From Selaginella moellendorffii (Eukaryota; Plantae; Lycopodiophyta), in the NCBI RefSeq assembly GCF_000143415.4, contig NW_003314285.1, forward strand, positions 771,370 through 835,369: a stretch of 64,000 nucleotides of DNA. Direction: 5' to 3'. Position numbers and translations under genes: made by a program. The notes beneath the pieces are model-generated. The model saw only the letters and a program-made list of their open reading frames with translations. It was not told where the DNA came from and ran no database searches. Below, piece after piece: positions 10,447 through 23,145 of this stretch (position 1 is its first letter; each line of letters starts with the position of its first letter).

Positions 10447-13400
10447 CTCTCCCCCCCTTGGGAAAATCGACGTCCTCGTCGATGCATACTCCAGTCTAGA
10501 ATACTGCCAAGGAAACAACTCCAGAAAAAGTTCACGGTACTCACACTATGTGAGAAATGCACCAACTTAAATGAGTTAGGGAGCAACCTCTTTGTCTAAC
10601 GCGGATGCGTTACCAGCTCAGACACCTTCCGGCCGTCGCCGACAAGGAAAGGACCAACGAAGTCAGCCACCCTTGCTACTCTGGGGGTCACCCAGCTACA
10701 AAAGTGTGATATGCCCCTGCCCGCAGGAACATAGAGAGAGAAGCCAGAGGCCCCAACCCTCCTAAGCAAAGAAACCAAACCCGTCGGTAAGGTTTAGATA
10801 GACTACTGTAAACAGGCAGTTAGAGTTGTTTATACGGTCACGCCCTTTCAACGGAATAAGGAACATCGACAGAGAGGCGGGTTATATGACTAGTCGACAA
10901 TAGCTACCCCATGACTAGAGATTTCAACATGCACACGAAGTGCCGAAGCCAGTCTGCCTATTACTGGCCCAAACTCAAAGATTAATAGACGGACAATATC
11001 AAAGTCATAGACAATGATATCTTAGAGTCGGAATTATCAGTGAATAAATCTTATATTAGAACACAAAAGTATTCCAAGTAAGGTATTATCTGATAAACTA
11101 GTATTACAGCATAGAAACCACCAAGATCATCATAATTGATAAACATAAGAATCACCATCCAACAAAATTCAATAGCAAGTAGATCATCAAAGAAACTCAA
11201 TGATAAAATTTAACTATCGAAAATGGCAGATAGCATGCCAAACAACTCACAAAACACAACTCAAAGAACACAAAGTATCATTGACTAACAAGCACAATGC
11301 TCGTGAATGTATCACCCGAAGGAAATAACATCCTAATCTATGAGAACTAACTCGAGCAATAATCAACAGAACAAAATGAATGTTGCAATGCAAACAAACG
11401 CTTATTCATATCAACCATTGCACTAGCCAATTCAGATAGATCCCAGCCAATAACACTAAGGAACTCAAGTTGCCTAAGTAAGTGTTAGCAACATCCTACT
11501 AATGTCTCAAACCCAAGAGACCAATCCAGAGCAAACCACAAAGAACATGTGGTATTGCGAAAAGCCAAAAGCTATCAAAGAGAATAACTAACTATCACGA
11601 AAGACCATCAATCATCCCATCAATAAAGAGATGCATAATCATCGTCTAAGAAAGAATCCACTACCCAGAAAAATAGCGAATCATTCTATATCAACAATAA
11701 TCAAGCAAAAAAAATTTTGATAAGGATAATCAATTATCCTAGATGATAGTCAATCATCACCAATGATTGCCATATGCAAATACTAACTTCAACATTGAAG
11801 CTAATGAGCCAAAAATGCCTTCCCCAATAACTTCAAACAAATGGACCACAAGCATAATAACGCAAGGAACCAAAAGCTCGAAGAAGTTTATAGCTAAGTT
11901 TTTGCCTAACAATGATCACGAGTCTCGCATGAACTAACTTCAATGCTAAAGAAGAAATCATGGTACAACCCACAATATCCTCCTCAACACATCCATAAGC
12001 TAAACTTCATAATGCAAAGCTAATGAAGAGCATTTCTGCATCAATCCAAAAGCTAAACACAATGAAGTTATGCCCAACAAGTGATCACTAAACGATCCTC
12101 CATGAATCCATCTATAGCAAGACGTAACTCACTTCATAACAAGCACAAGAGGAATCATCAATGATCAATATATTCCAACTCAAATTCAATAAGGATTCAA
12201 ACATTCTAACATCGATCACTAACTCCTCCGCTTGTAGAGTTAGCATAGTCCACGACTAAATTACTTTTTAAGAAAAAGCTAAAGCTCAACCTCTACTAAA
12301 TAATCTCGTCTAAAACACAACTAACTCAAACTTGCCACTCAGCTTTGTTTGAACGTCAATGCAGTTGCTAACTAGCAATTGCATGAATGCCAACAACACA
12401 AAGCTACAGCCAATCATCAACACTATCTTCATCAAGCCTAATGAAACTCAATATCAATCCTAAGGAGAGACATCTCATTTCACCTGAATCCAATACTAAC
12501 GATGTCAACGATAGGGCATCACTTCAATGTCATCAACACCATAACAAAGCTAGAAGAAAGCAAGAGTGAATCACCACTCAAAGCTTTCTAGCAACCAAGC
12601 TAACCAAAGTCGAAGACACCTTAGTCAGTATCCGAGACCAATCCTCCAACAAAACTTAGTTACAGATAACACTTCATCAAGGAGTGATTCACCACGTCCA
12701 AGACTCAATGAAATCTAACACTACGGACTAAATGTAACCAAATGACATCAACAGAGGTAGAGTCGACATGTCAACATGAAAAACTCATGTAAGTCTAACG
12801 ACACGATCCTCCGCAACACCATCTGGTAAAGCAAGCCCATCACTGCTAAATCATCATCGAGCAAAGCAAGTATTAACAGTCTTTTTGACAAAGTCTACAA
12901 GTAATCACTAGTCGCAAAGCAACTAACAATCACCCTTCAACTTGCATTCACAAGACCCGAACACTAACTCATGTCATCGAGTTACATACTTGTCCAACAT
13001 GAACACAATACCCCAGGTACGAGATAAAAGTTCATAGACAAGCACAAACTGAATAACCACTCGAATCCAACTCAACCACGATAAGCTCACTAATGCATTT
13101 AGTCAATAGCTCTGAGCATGCCTTGAAGAGGCTAGCTATGTGATCAACACTCAGTCGAAACTAAAGTGAAGACCATGAGCTGGACTCATATCGGTACACA
13201 ACCTCCTCATAGACAAAGCTATAGTACGGGTATTAACATCTCAACCTCAAACAACTAAGTTGGACATCACCATCCTCAGCCAAGGCGCAGGGCCACCAAG
13301 ACCAAGTCAAGATTAGTGAGAACTCACTACTCTCATAGAGTCTAACGAAATGCAAGGTGCAACCTGCCACAAGCACAATGCTACAAAAGAAAGGCACAAG

Positions 13401-15427
13401 GGTCACCTTTCTTAGAAAAGCGCAACAGCCACTTTTCTACACCAACTCCAGACTCTATCCAACTCAATTGCTTTAGCCCCAAAAGTTAGCATCCCTTTCG
13501 GGTCGCATCATACAAACTACTTACTAAGATCTAAGCCAACCGAAGTTAACTCCAACCCCTTCACTAGTTTGTATTGGCTTTCGAAAATGGAATGGTTTTC
13601 GGACAAAATGATCAATAGATTAGCCATTGGAAAAGTTTAAGAAAATTTGTGGAAAATTTCCATCCTAGAGAAAGAATAACTCTCAGTCCAGGAATGCAAA
13701 CTTTCAAGACTCAACCAACTTCCTCCTACCAACAACTTCACATAGTTCACCTCAACACAAATTCTCATGACCCATAGTATGTTTAAGCCTCGAACATCTC
13801 TACCCATCTAACCGATATCCAACACCGACATCCGCAAAGTGCAAAATGAACATCCAAGGCTTGATCACGAAGACCACATCTTCGGATATCCACAATGCAC
13901 TAACACTCTTCTTCAACCACCTTCAAGATCCAATGTGAAGCCAAAACACTAACAAGAAAAATGACATGGAAAATCAAGGTCCAAGGAAAATTCCTCATCA
14001 CTTGAAATAACAATACCACCTCCACTAACACAAGTGCTAGTGATGTCAATGCCCCAACTACACATCTTCTCCATCCAACAATCTACTCCAAGTGTTAACA
14101 GATCAACCAACAAGCCATAGCAAATGAATGCTATAACCCTTTTCCAACACCTAATGGGCAAACTCAAAGAAACAAGGTACCTACTTAAGCTTAGCATAAT
14201 GAACCACCATCGAAAATCCAGTCAAAGCTACTACAATGCTACTTCGTGCAAGTAGACTAGCTTCTCCATCAACCACTTTGGGGTTGATCATCATTTAACC
14301 AGCAACTTCGTAAACACATTGCTCATTATCACATGGATATGATATAGAAATCACAATGACTTGATCATTAATTGAGCAATACCACGAGCAATGCCAATGT
14401 CATTACTTCAAAGGTTTATGTGAGTATCAAGTGCTAACTCAATTCGACAAAATGCAACATAAATGCCACACTCCACCGATAAAGATTTACAACACCCAAT
14501 ATCACTAACTTTTGTTCACAACACGGACAATCTCATGCCACTCTCTTTCCGACCAAACTCAACACTAATCCAACACCAAGCTACTCAAGGAGCAATAGCA
14601 AGGTTCCCCGGAAAAGAATTGAGCATTGCAACCCCAGTCTTCCATAGCAAGCCTAGACAAAATGGTATAACGTTTCACCGTTATCCATCCCACAACTCAC
14701 CATTGTAAGACCACCATCTCCAACATGCATCAAGATAGGGACCCTTGATTGCATGATGTGAACACAAGCAATGAGTTAACACCTCATTGCAAATCATCTC
14801 TCCAAGAAGAGAAAATGATTTATGTATTTGATCCTCCGTCCCCAATGACTCTCTTTTCGGTCTCATCTTTGACCAAACCTCAAGCTTGCTTTCGCACTGC
14901 CTTCAGTTCAATCAAAGAAAAGTTTATGAGAGAGCACGGCCATGACTACTTGAACCAATAGACTAATTCCTATAGTCTTGATTGATCCACTTGTAACCAT
15001 GCCTAGGAAGGATCTACTAGTGCCGTGCTAAACAGCTACGGGCTAGCCTATTTGCCACTCATAGCAAACCCAGGGAGGTTTGCTTTCACCTACGGTACAT
15101 GGAACAACTCATGGAACCACCGATAGGCTAACATTAATCCTGCCAACTCAAAGTGTAACCTCGAGTTGCTAATGTGCCTCACTCACGAGCTCAAGCTTAA
15201 ACTCGTGCTACCGGAACAACTCAAATCCATCCTATGAGCCCAAGTGCAAGCTCACATCATAAGGTACAATAAGGTAACAATATCCATACCCAAGGAACCA
15301 ATTGCCAAGCCTTTGCACCCAAACGTGTACCCACTTGGATCATCATTTTCATCTCTGCGTATGCAACGAGACTAGTTGCCCAATCTCATTGAATAGTACT
15401 CGCTAAGACTCATCCTCTGATACCAAA

Positions 15428-16545
15428 TGTAGCGCACGTGGTTTTGACCCTTTATCCTATGGTGATTTACCATAGGATAACACCACGAAGCGGAACCTAA
15501 ACCCTCTTTGTGCCACGACGTGTCCGTGCCACGTGTCCATAGGAACCTGAGGTTCAAGGCCTTGGGCCACTGAACGAAGGAACGGTGCCAAACTCCTAAG
15601 CGTGACGCCAAGGAGTGATGGAACCGGACCACGGAGCAACTCCCGAGCATATAGCCCAAGGAGCGAAGGGACAGGAGCCCGGAGCGACTTGGAACAGTCC
15701 TGGAGCAACTAGCATCCCAATGCCAAGACCAGCACGCAAAACGGAGCCAAACGGAGTCTGGCGCTATTTCAGCATACCGGTGGCCTAACGTGAGGATATG
15801 GGTACTCCACCAGCTAGCATGGAATGGAACTTGGGTTTAGACCCAAGCCGGACGCAAAACAAGGACAGGCACACAAGCGGGAGCTAGATTATGCCTCAAG
15901 TTGGTCGGCCATGCTCGACCTACCCACTATCCCTACTATACATTTGGAACCCCCTATAGCCCCCCCCCTTGAGAAACACACGCTTTGGGCTTTCACCCCA
16001 AGCCTCCCTTAGTATTAGGAGTTAGTCTCTGGGATAAACTCAAAACTTACTAAATATGGAATGTCCTTAGATTGCGAATTTGGACACGGGACGAACACTA
16101 TTGTGTTCAGGCCGATCTCTACATTCCGTAGATATGCCAAATGAGCAAATCTGGACACTTTCCATAAATAGCATTTGGGACCGAAATAAGACTAACACAA
16201 AGGGCATGATAGCGAGGGTGTTTGGCAAACACGATAAGCTATCATCCAGCGATATTGAGGGACCAATCTCAATACGCGAGGGTTCTAGCCAAGCCAGTGC
16301 AAGACAGAGCAAAAGAGAACTAAGAGCCAGGCCGAGAATGCTCAGCTAGAAACACATAGGAGTTCCTACCTTATGTTCATCTGGCTAAGTACAGATGCTA
16401 AGCCCAGTAAGCTAACACTTGGACAAGAGGGGCTAATAAAGGGAACCAGCAATACCGACCTCCTACCATCGTGGCAGTAAGGTAAGAGTGTCCGTAAGGA
16501 CTAGCCGACAGGTAACTTTCGATACCTGAAGTCACATTCGCGACA
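15428..16545 (-). repeat. 5' LTR
   Basis: Adjacent to the PBS and bounded by the TSD. Confidence 0.95.
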
Positions 16546-16559
16546 ACTGTAGTTAGGAT

Positions 16560-17160
16560 GCTATAATTGGAGGAGTCTTTAATATCTCTTTGAGATCCAT
16601 AAATACTTGCTTGCAATCCATAAATCAAATGTATTAATGACTTTAAAAACACTCATAATGGTGTAATATAATAAAAAATATAATCAATAAAATAATTGAA
16701 ATATTACACATTACCTAGGAAACACTTCATATCATTCATATATTTTGGAGTAAGGAACTTTAGAACAATTATAAATTTATGAGGATCAACATATAAACCT
16801 TTATAAGAAATATAGTCTTTAGACCCAAATATACATTTTGATCACTTTAGCTTTAAATTAACTTCTTGTAATCAATTCAACACATTGCGGATATCACAAT
16901 GTATACACAATTGTATAGTATTAAGAAATTGCACCAATTTCTGCTCTAGAGTTAGAGGAGGAGGAGGCTACTACTCTACCATGAAGATAAATGAAAAGTA
17001 AAAGAAAAAATGGAAAAATCTACAAAAGTAATAAAGATCTAGACAATGTAAAAGTTAAATCTATACAAATTCAATCACTCTTGAGATACAATAAAAAATG
17101 CCTTTCATCTTCACCAATATGAGTGCATGGATACATAAATGTGCATATTTGTTTAGCGTG
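16560..17160. repeat. AT-rich dispersed repeat, similar to ~25225-25680 and ~27220-27440
   Basis: Shared strings aattggaggagtc, ctcataat.gtgtaata, aatattacac and attaag.aa.t.caccaatt. Confidence 0.65.
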
Positions 17161-18509
17161 AAAACCTTAACTTATATATTGGAGTGAAGGCTAAATTTAT
17201 AAAACATGTATATACTTTTGCCAATATCCTATAAGGACTAGCACAAACACTGGGTGTGCTGCCTTATAATGGAGTTACTTAGTGAAATTCTCCCTTATCC
17301 AAAGTGACTCTAAGCCTAAAGTAGAAATAGTTGCAGTTGCCTTTGCCATACCAAATCGAAATCCCCCTTCAGATAAACTACAGGATCAACTCTAGGGGGC
17401 ACCATCTTTAGCAAATCTCTTTCTTATCTCCATCAACAAAATATGGTAGCTAAGCTTTCTACCACTCCTCAAGCCTCGTTGGCTTCTCCTTGTTCCAGAG
17501 GATGGCATGGTGTGGCCTAACTGCCATTAGCATGAGTCTCCACCAATCTACCATCACCACTAATACTTAGACTTGGACCCTGTCAAAATGAGCCCCAATT
17601 GCATGCTCCTCATAAGGCCTATCACATGCCATACCACCCATCTAGCATGGCCCAAAGCCTCCCACACAAAGACCCCTATCTCCACACTAGTCTCATCCCA
17701 ATGGACTTGGATCCCCCAACCATGTCATCTCTTGCATTTGATGTGTTGCAAGGCCTCTTGCTCCCTCAAACTAGTTAATCATATCTCTATTGTAAGCCTC
17801 AAATTCCTGTGTGGTGCCTAAATCCTTCCCTACCTTGAGGTTTTGTTGCCACACTTCTTTTGCTACATCACACTCCTACAACGTGTGGCTGACCATCTTA
17901 GTCTCACCATACTCCTTGCATTTATGACGCATCATTTTAGAACCACTATTTGACTAAGAGTCTATTGTTGGCAACTAACCATAATGTGATTTTCACTTTT
18001 TCATATATGGGGAGCTTCTAGAAGTTCACTGTGTTATGCGCCATCTATTCCGTATTCATCCCTTGCACTATCCACTTCTGCCATAGCTTTAGGATTTCCT
18101 CCCTCACCTCCTCTCTGGATGTCATCAACCGGTTGTTTCATATGAAAAGAAGTCATTTGTGCAAGGTTTGGATTAAAATCAATCTAATGGCTATCAAAAT
18201 CTAATATTAATGTATGTATTTAAAAATTCTCTAAATTTAATAACCTATTTAAGGGTTACAAATAAACTTAGAACTATTAAGTTAAAAATTTAACCATTCC
18301 CCAAAATCACAAATAAGCACTACTAATTTAGTTTAGGTGGTGAATTTAAGGAACCAGAACAGATTTATCATCTACATGCCAAAACTACTTTGAAATGTGC
18401 AAATCCTTGTAACACCACCAGGACATATGTCCACAATCTGTGTAGCACACAAAACAAGGGGAAGGAAAGAAAACTCACTATATGGGGCTGCAATTAGATT
18501 AGGCTTGAG

Positions 18510-18770
18510 AAAGCTGAGATTACGTGAGCTGTAAGAACTTCCATTTTGGACGCATAGGAGAATTGCATGCTATAGAAACTTTGAGAGCAGCTAATGCTAT
18601 GTTGGAGCTATTACTATCTCATCAGCTAGATATTTAATAAGATATATTTGAGCAGAATGTACAGACTTGTGGTCATGTCTACTACTCATGGTGGGCGCTT
18701 TTGAGTCTAGTGACGCTCAACCGTGTGGACTGGATCGATAAACAGAAGCTCAGAACTTTCATTCTTGAGC
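18510..18770 (+). pseudogene. Second, more decayed Rab-GGTase beta fragment
   Basis: [30 protein letters not shown]. Confidence 0.8.
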
Positions 18771-18956
18771 CGGGTAACTATAGAGGCCTTTCACCTCTTA
18801 AAAACATGGTCCAGGACACTGATGAAGGCAGCCAACTGCTTGTTACAAGTCCATCCTTTCCGATCTTATCCAGATGCCACACCTTGTGCATATTTGATAA
18901 ATGAAGTTAAAGTCTTTGCACTTCGATACTTTCTCCTTCAATCGACTTTGTGTGAT

Positions 18957-19385
18957 CTAGTGGTCCTCCACATGCCACTGTCAGTTTTTCTTCAGTTTCG
19001 CAATTTGGTCTCACCAACCTTCTCCCATCCGCCTTGCAACCTCTTCGAACACCACTTCCTCATGTCCTTGCAGCCTCAAAAGTAGATATGGCTGCCTCCT
19101 TGAAGATCTACTTGGGTTACTGTCGCATCAAGGGCTTACAATCGTACAAGAAATTACTACAAACGCCCGCCTCTTCCTCCCAGTTTGCGGATCAACACCG
19201 ATCACTCTCTTCAGCATAACCTCGCGCTCCTCAGATCGTCGCCATACCCGGAAGACGCAAGGGAGTACAAATGGTATGGATGGCGCGCCTGGCCTCTTTG
19301 AATTCTCGCCAGGGGAGAGAACTCCATAGCTTTGGCCTTCTCAGAATGGAATAGTAATCTCTAGAGGTCAATGAACATGTAGAGC
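18957..19385 (-). pseudogene. FNR pseudogene (internally deleted copy of 1696-2610)
   Basis: DNA matches the WHVE, PYHLYS and EGQSYG coding segments, with large deletions and frameshifts. Confidence 0.85.
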
Positions 19386-19912
19386 AAATTGGATTTTGAT
19401 ATCAATTTCGAAAAACACCCGTTCAGCACCCCCTCCTCACAGAATAGACCTTGGATCTGTCCCTCATGATCCTAAACTTGAAATTGTACCATTGAATAGT
19501 TCATTGTTAAGGCAAGAGTTCATTGTTAAGATCAAAAGGAACTATGCACCTATTACATATTTATATTATATTGTGAAAGAACCTAAACTGTCCGTATCTA
19601 ACCAATTGAGTTGGACATATGTACGATTCAATCTCAACATGTGGAGCCCAATGGACCAATGGGACCAAATTGGTTATATGTCATGAATGGGCATCACGAA
19701 CGGGCAGACAATTCCATTTTAGATGTGTCATTCTACCTTGCATCTTGTCAACTACGCAATGGAGGTGCTGTGGGGGTCAGTATCTCAAGGACAAGGTCTA
19801 CTTTATCGACACAGTGTTCCCCTAGCTAATCAATATGAACATGTGGTGTACCTCTAGCCAACCAATTGATTTTTCTTATTCCTTTTTAAGGTGATAATGT
19901 TTTTTTTTTCCA

Positions 19913-19921
19913 ATATATAAA
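19913..19921 (+). promoter_or_regulatory. Putative TATA box of MTPSL
   Basis: ATATATAAA about 45 bp upstream of the ATG at 19964. AATAAA occurs downstream of the stop at ~21101 and ~21134. Confidence 0.45.
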
Positions 19922-19963
19922 GAACTTCAAAGAAGGTTCATTCATCACTTTTGTAGCTGAGAG

Positions 19964-21067
19964 ATGGAAGATGTTTTGGCTGAAAAATTGTCAAGAGTTT
20001 GCAAGTTCGATTTGCCATTCATCCCTTGTAGCATTCCCTTTGAATGCCATCCTGATTTTACTAGGATATCCAAAGATACTGATGCATGGGCTCTTAGAAT
20101 GTTGAGTATCACTGATCCATATGAGAGAAAGAAAGCTCTTCAGGGAAGACATAGCTTGTATAGCCCAATGATTATTCCAAGAGGGGAGAGCAGCAAAGCG
20201 GAGCTTTCATCAAAGCATACATGGACTATGTTTGTTTTAGATGACATTGCCGAGAATTTTAGTGAGCAAGAGGGAAAAAAAGCTATTGATATTCTTCTTG
20301 AAGTTGCTGAGGGAAGCTATGTCTTAAGCGAAAAAGAGAAGGAGAAGCATCCTAGCCACGCCATGTTTGAGGAAGTGATGTCGAGCTTTCGGAGTCTCAT
20401 GGATCCCCCACTGTTTGCTCGCTACATGAATTGCTTGAGAAACTATCTGGATTCTGTGGTGGAGGAGGCCTCTTTGCGAATTGCCAAATCTATTCCAAGC
20501 CTCGAGAAGTACCGGCTGCTCCGGAGAGAGACAAGCTTTATGGAAGCAGACGGAGGCATTATGTGTGAGTTTTGCATGGATCTCAAGTTGCATAAGAGTG
20601 TGGTGGAATCCCCAGACTTCGTAGCCTTTGTCAAGGCAGTGATTGATCACGTCGTTCTTGTCAATGATCTCCTTTCCTTCCGACACGAGCTGAAAATCAA
20701 GTGCTTCCACAACTATCTCTGTGTCATCTTTTGCCACAGCCCGGATAATACAAGCTTTCAAGAGACTGTGGACAAGGTATGCGAAATGATCCAGGAGGCC
20801 GAAGCCGAGATCTTGCAACTCCAACAGAAGCTGATTAAGCTGGGCGAGGAAACTGGGGACAAAGATCTGGTGGAGTATGCAACATGGTACCCTTGTGTGG
20901 CATCTGGAAATCTTCGCTGGTCATACGTCACAGGACGCTACCATGGACTTGACAATCCGCTGCTGAATGGTGAACCATTCCAAGGAACCTGGTTTCTACA
21001 TCCAGAAGCCACCCTCATCTTGCCATTGGGATCCAAATGCGGCAATCATCCATTTATCACGATTTGA
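19964..21067 (+). CDS. MTPSL: Microbial terpene synthase-like protein (class I terpene cyclase, single alpha domain)
   Basis: 367 aa, intronless. DDIAE (aa 93-97), R188 at sensor spacing 46 aa before the NSE triad NDLLSFRHE (aa 234-242), and WSYVTGRY (WxxxxxRY). No plant-TPS beta/gamma domain and no RRX8W. Confidence 0.95.
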   Translation: MEDVLAEKLSRVCKFDLPFIPCSIPFECHPDFTRISKDTDAWALRMLSITDPYERKKALQGRHSLYSPMIIPRGESSKAELSSKHTWTMFVLDDIAENFSEQEGKKAIDILLEVAEGSYVLSEKEKEKHPSHAMFEEVMSSFRSLMDPPLFARYMNCLRNYLDSVVEEASLRIAKSIPSLEKYRLLRRETSFMEADGGIMCEFCMDLKLHKSVVESPDFVAFVKAVIDHVVLVNDLLSFRHELKIKCFHNYLCVIFCHSPDNTSFQETVDKVCEMIQEAEAEILQLQQKLIKLGEETGDKDLVEYATWYPCVASGNLRWSYVTGRYHGLDNPLLNGEPFQGTWFLHPEATLILPLGSKCGNHPFITI

Positions 21068-21559
21068 TTTTATGTCTTTGGGAAATGTATTGTGTTCTAT
21101 AATAAACTGGAATTGTTTTGAGTTCTAAAATTAAATAAAAGGAGAAACAGGGTTTAGTGAACGTAGGCTCATCTATCGCGGTTTCGTGCAAATGTGTCTC
21201 CGGGGACTTGCTCACTGCCATAAGAAGTGGGTTAATCAACGAGAATAGTGGTCCTCAGCTCACTCCAAATAGCGCCTTGTTTCAATGTAGACAGTGTTAT
21301 TTAAGTTCCAGAAAAACTGACTGCCTTCTCGGCCCTCGACCATCTCCCTGATCTCAGCCTCGCCATTCACTTGAACGGGCAGGACTTCTTGGCCTCGACA
21401 CAGCAATAGCGCTCGGGCATTGGAGTGATCTCAGTAAGTGCCAGTAAATTTTTCCTAATGCAGCAGTAATTTAATGTTTCTCCTATGTAACACTTGTGTT
21501 TAGTGAGATAGTAGATGTCTTGACTGAAAGACTGGCTAGAGTACAAGCTTGATTGATTC

Positions 21560-21612
21560 TTCATCCCTTGTAGCATTTTCTTTTGAATGCCATCCTGAAT
21601 TTATTTAGGATA
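21560..21612 (+). pseudogene. Short MTPSL 5' fragment
   Basis: ttcatcccttgtagcattttcttttgaatgccatcctga matches ~20018-20070. Confidence 0.8.
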
Positions 21613-22153
21613 GGCGAAGCTATGCTAGAGACAAAGGAGACAGAGGAGACAGAGAAAAAGAAGAAAAGAAGTGGAGTGGTTTACTTGTCTTTAGACTGGA
21701 AAACTCATCAAGAATGGGGGCTGGAATCGATTCTGAACAATGCTTGAGGCCTCAAACTCTCAATCCCGTTGCAAAGCTCTCGGCATCAGCACTCAAATCA
21801 AAATGAAAAAAACCTCGATCTTGCTTACGAACCCGCCTCACGTCCTGGACACCTCATGAAAACTTTGTGAGAAAATAAATAGGTGGATTTCTTCTTTTGA
21901 TTGTTGATCATATAGCCTCTCTGTGGCTTTCTTTTTCGTGTGGTGCTGTGTGAATTGGCATCTTGTGAGTAACTACCGACCAGCCCTGTCAAACAATGTG
22001 TCAATGGCACTTCCAAATGGCACAAGAGGAGCAAAGAATTTCAGATTATTAATCTTTTTGAATGTTGACAAATCGCAGGTTGGTGGCAGCCTTTAAGATT
22101 TTATAACTTGTGAGCTGTTAGAATCAAACTTTGTAGCAAGGTAGCTACTAAGT

Positions 22154-22257
22154 GAGATGAAAGATGTCTTGGCGTTTGGAGTGCCTTCTACCCTTGTAGC
22201 AATCCCTTCGAATTTTACTAGGATATCGGAAGTTACTGATGCAACGGGCTATGAAGA
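22154..22257 (+). pseudogene. Decayed MTPSL 5' fragment including the ATG context
   Basis: gagatgaaagatgtcttggc...cccttgtagc...ttttactaggatatc...tactgatgca matches ~19961-20100 with deletions. Confidence 0.75.
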
Positions 22258-22274
22258 TCCACTGCCTCTCACTA

Positions 22275-22582
22275 AGAGGCTTCCTCCACCAAAAGAATCC
22301 AGATAGTTTCTCAGCAAAATCATGTAGCAAGCACCAGTGGGGGATCCATGAGACTGTAAAGCTCGACATCACCTCCCTCAATCATGACAAAGGGCTTCTC
22401 TTGTTCACTAAAGACAGTTTTCCTCTGCAGCTTCAAGCAGAATATCGGCAGCATTTTGCCTCTTACCTCTGCAATGTTATCAAAAACAAAAAAAATTCAT
22501 GTCATATAGTCCACAAGAATTTCTTTCTTTTCTATCCGTGATCTAAAAGGAATGAATGTTCGGAATGTTGTGTCCTGGATGG
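22275..22582 (-). pseudogene. Inverted decayed MTPSL fragment
   Basis: The reverse complement contains gtgatgtcgagcttt, gtctcatggatcccccactg, gagaaactatctggattct and ggtggaggaagcctctt, matching ~20220-20475. The match is weaker back to ~20045. Confidence 0.85.
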
Positions 22583-23145
22583 CAGCGAGGAGCAATCCAG
22601 CTGCCCAGAATATTCCGCCAGAAGGCCCTCCATTCTGCTCGATTCTTGTAGATCTTCTCTGTGCCATACTTCACTACATTTTGCGCGCAGCTGTGAGCAA
22701 GAGATTTCCTGTCGACGATGTAGATTGCTTGATATCTCGACAGATCGCGAGCTCCTCTACAGATATTTCGGAGAGTTTCTCATTCGTTTCTTGCAAATCT
22801 CCCCATCGTCGGTCGATCGCTCGCCACTCCATCGATACAGGTAATAAGCACAAGCTCTCCAAAATCTCTACAACTCCTACGGCAGGAATCAAAGTCGGTA
22901 TAGAATAAGGATATTAAGCAGGAGATCTGATCGCTGGCGCTGAAACTGGTAAGTTGTGACAATCCAACGCATGGTAACTGCATGACTTCATGGAGCATGT
23001 GTACAATGAGTTTCTTCTGCGCATCTCACGAGCAGGAAAGGAAAGGAAGTGCGTCTATGAGGAATGGCAATTCATCACCTTGGGAGGTAAGTTTCTTTGG
23101 TGGAGATGCTCAGAGTGATGTTCTTTTAAGCATCATGCGTGTATA

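Larger units (their letters stand above)
9300..16545 (-). mobile_element. Full-length non-autonomous LTR retrotransposon (Gypsy-like 3' end)
   Basis: LTRs at 9300-10446 and 15428-16545 with TG..CA ends. 5-bp TSD ACTGT at 9295-9299 and 16546-16550. PBS TGGTATCAGAG (initiator tRNA-Met) at ~15415-15425 and PPT at ~10447-10460, both on minus. No long internal ORF. Confidence 0.95.

Noticed and set aside
10460-15410. Faint gag/RT/integrase-like words (e.g. a possible GPF remnant near 11840 on minus)
   Set aside because: Too degenerate, with inconsistent order and strand, to call domains without a search.
17200-18130. Possible retroelement relic
   Set aside because: No motif or termini identified.
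20324-20824. 166-aa antisense ORF within MTPSL
   Set aside because: Codon-bias shadow with no motifs.
19964-21067. MTPSL as microbial contamination
   Set aside because: It is contiguous with plant duplicated sequence and has local decayed paralogue fragments, a TATA-like box and AATAAA signals.
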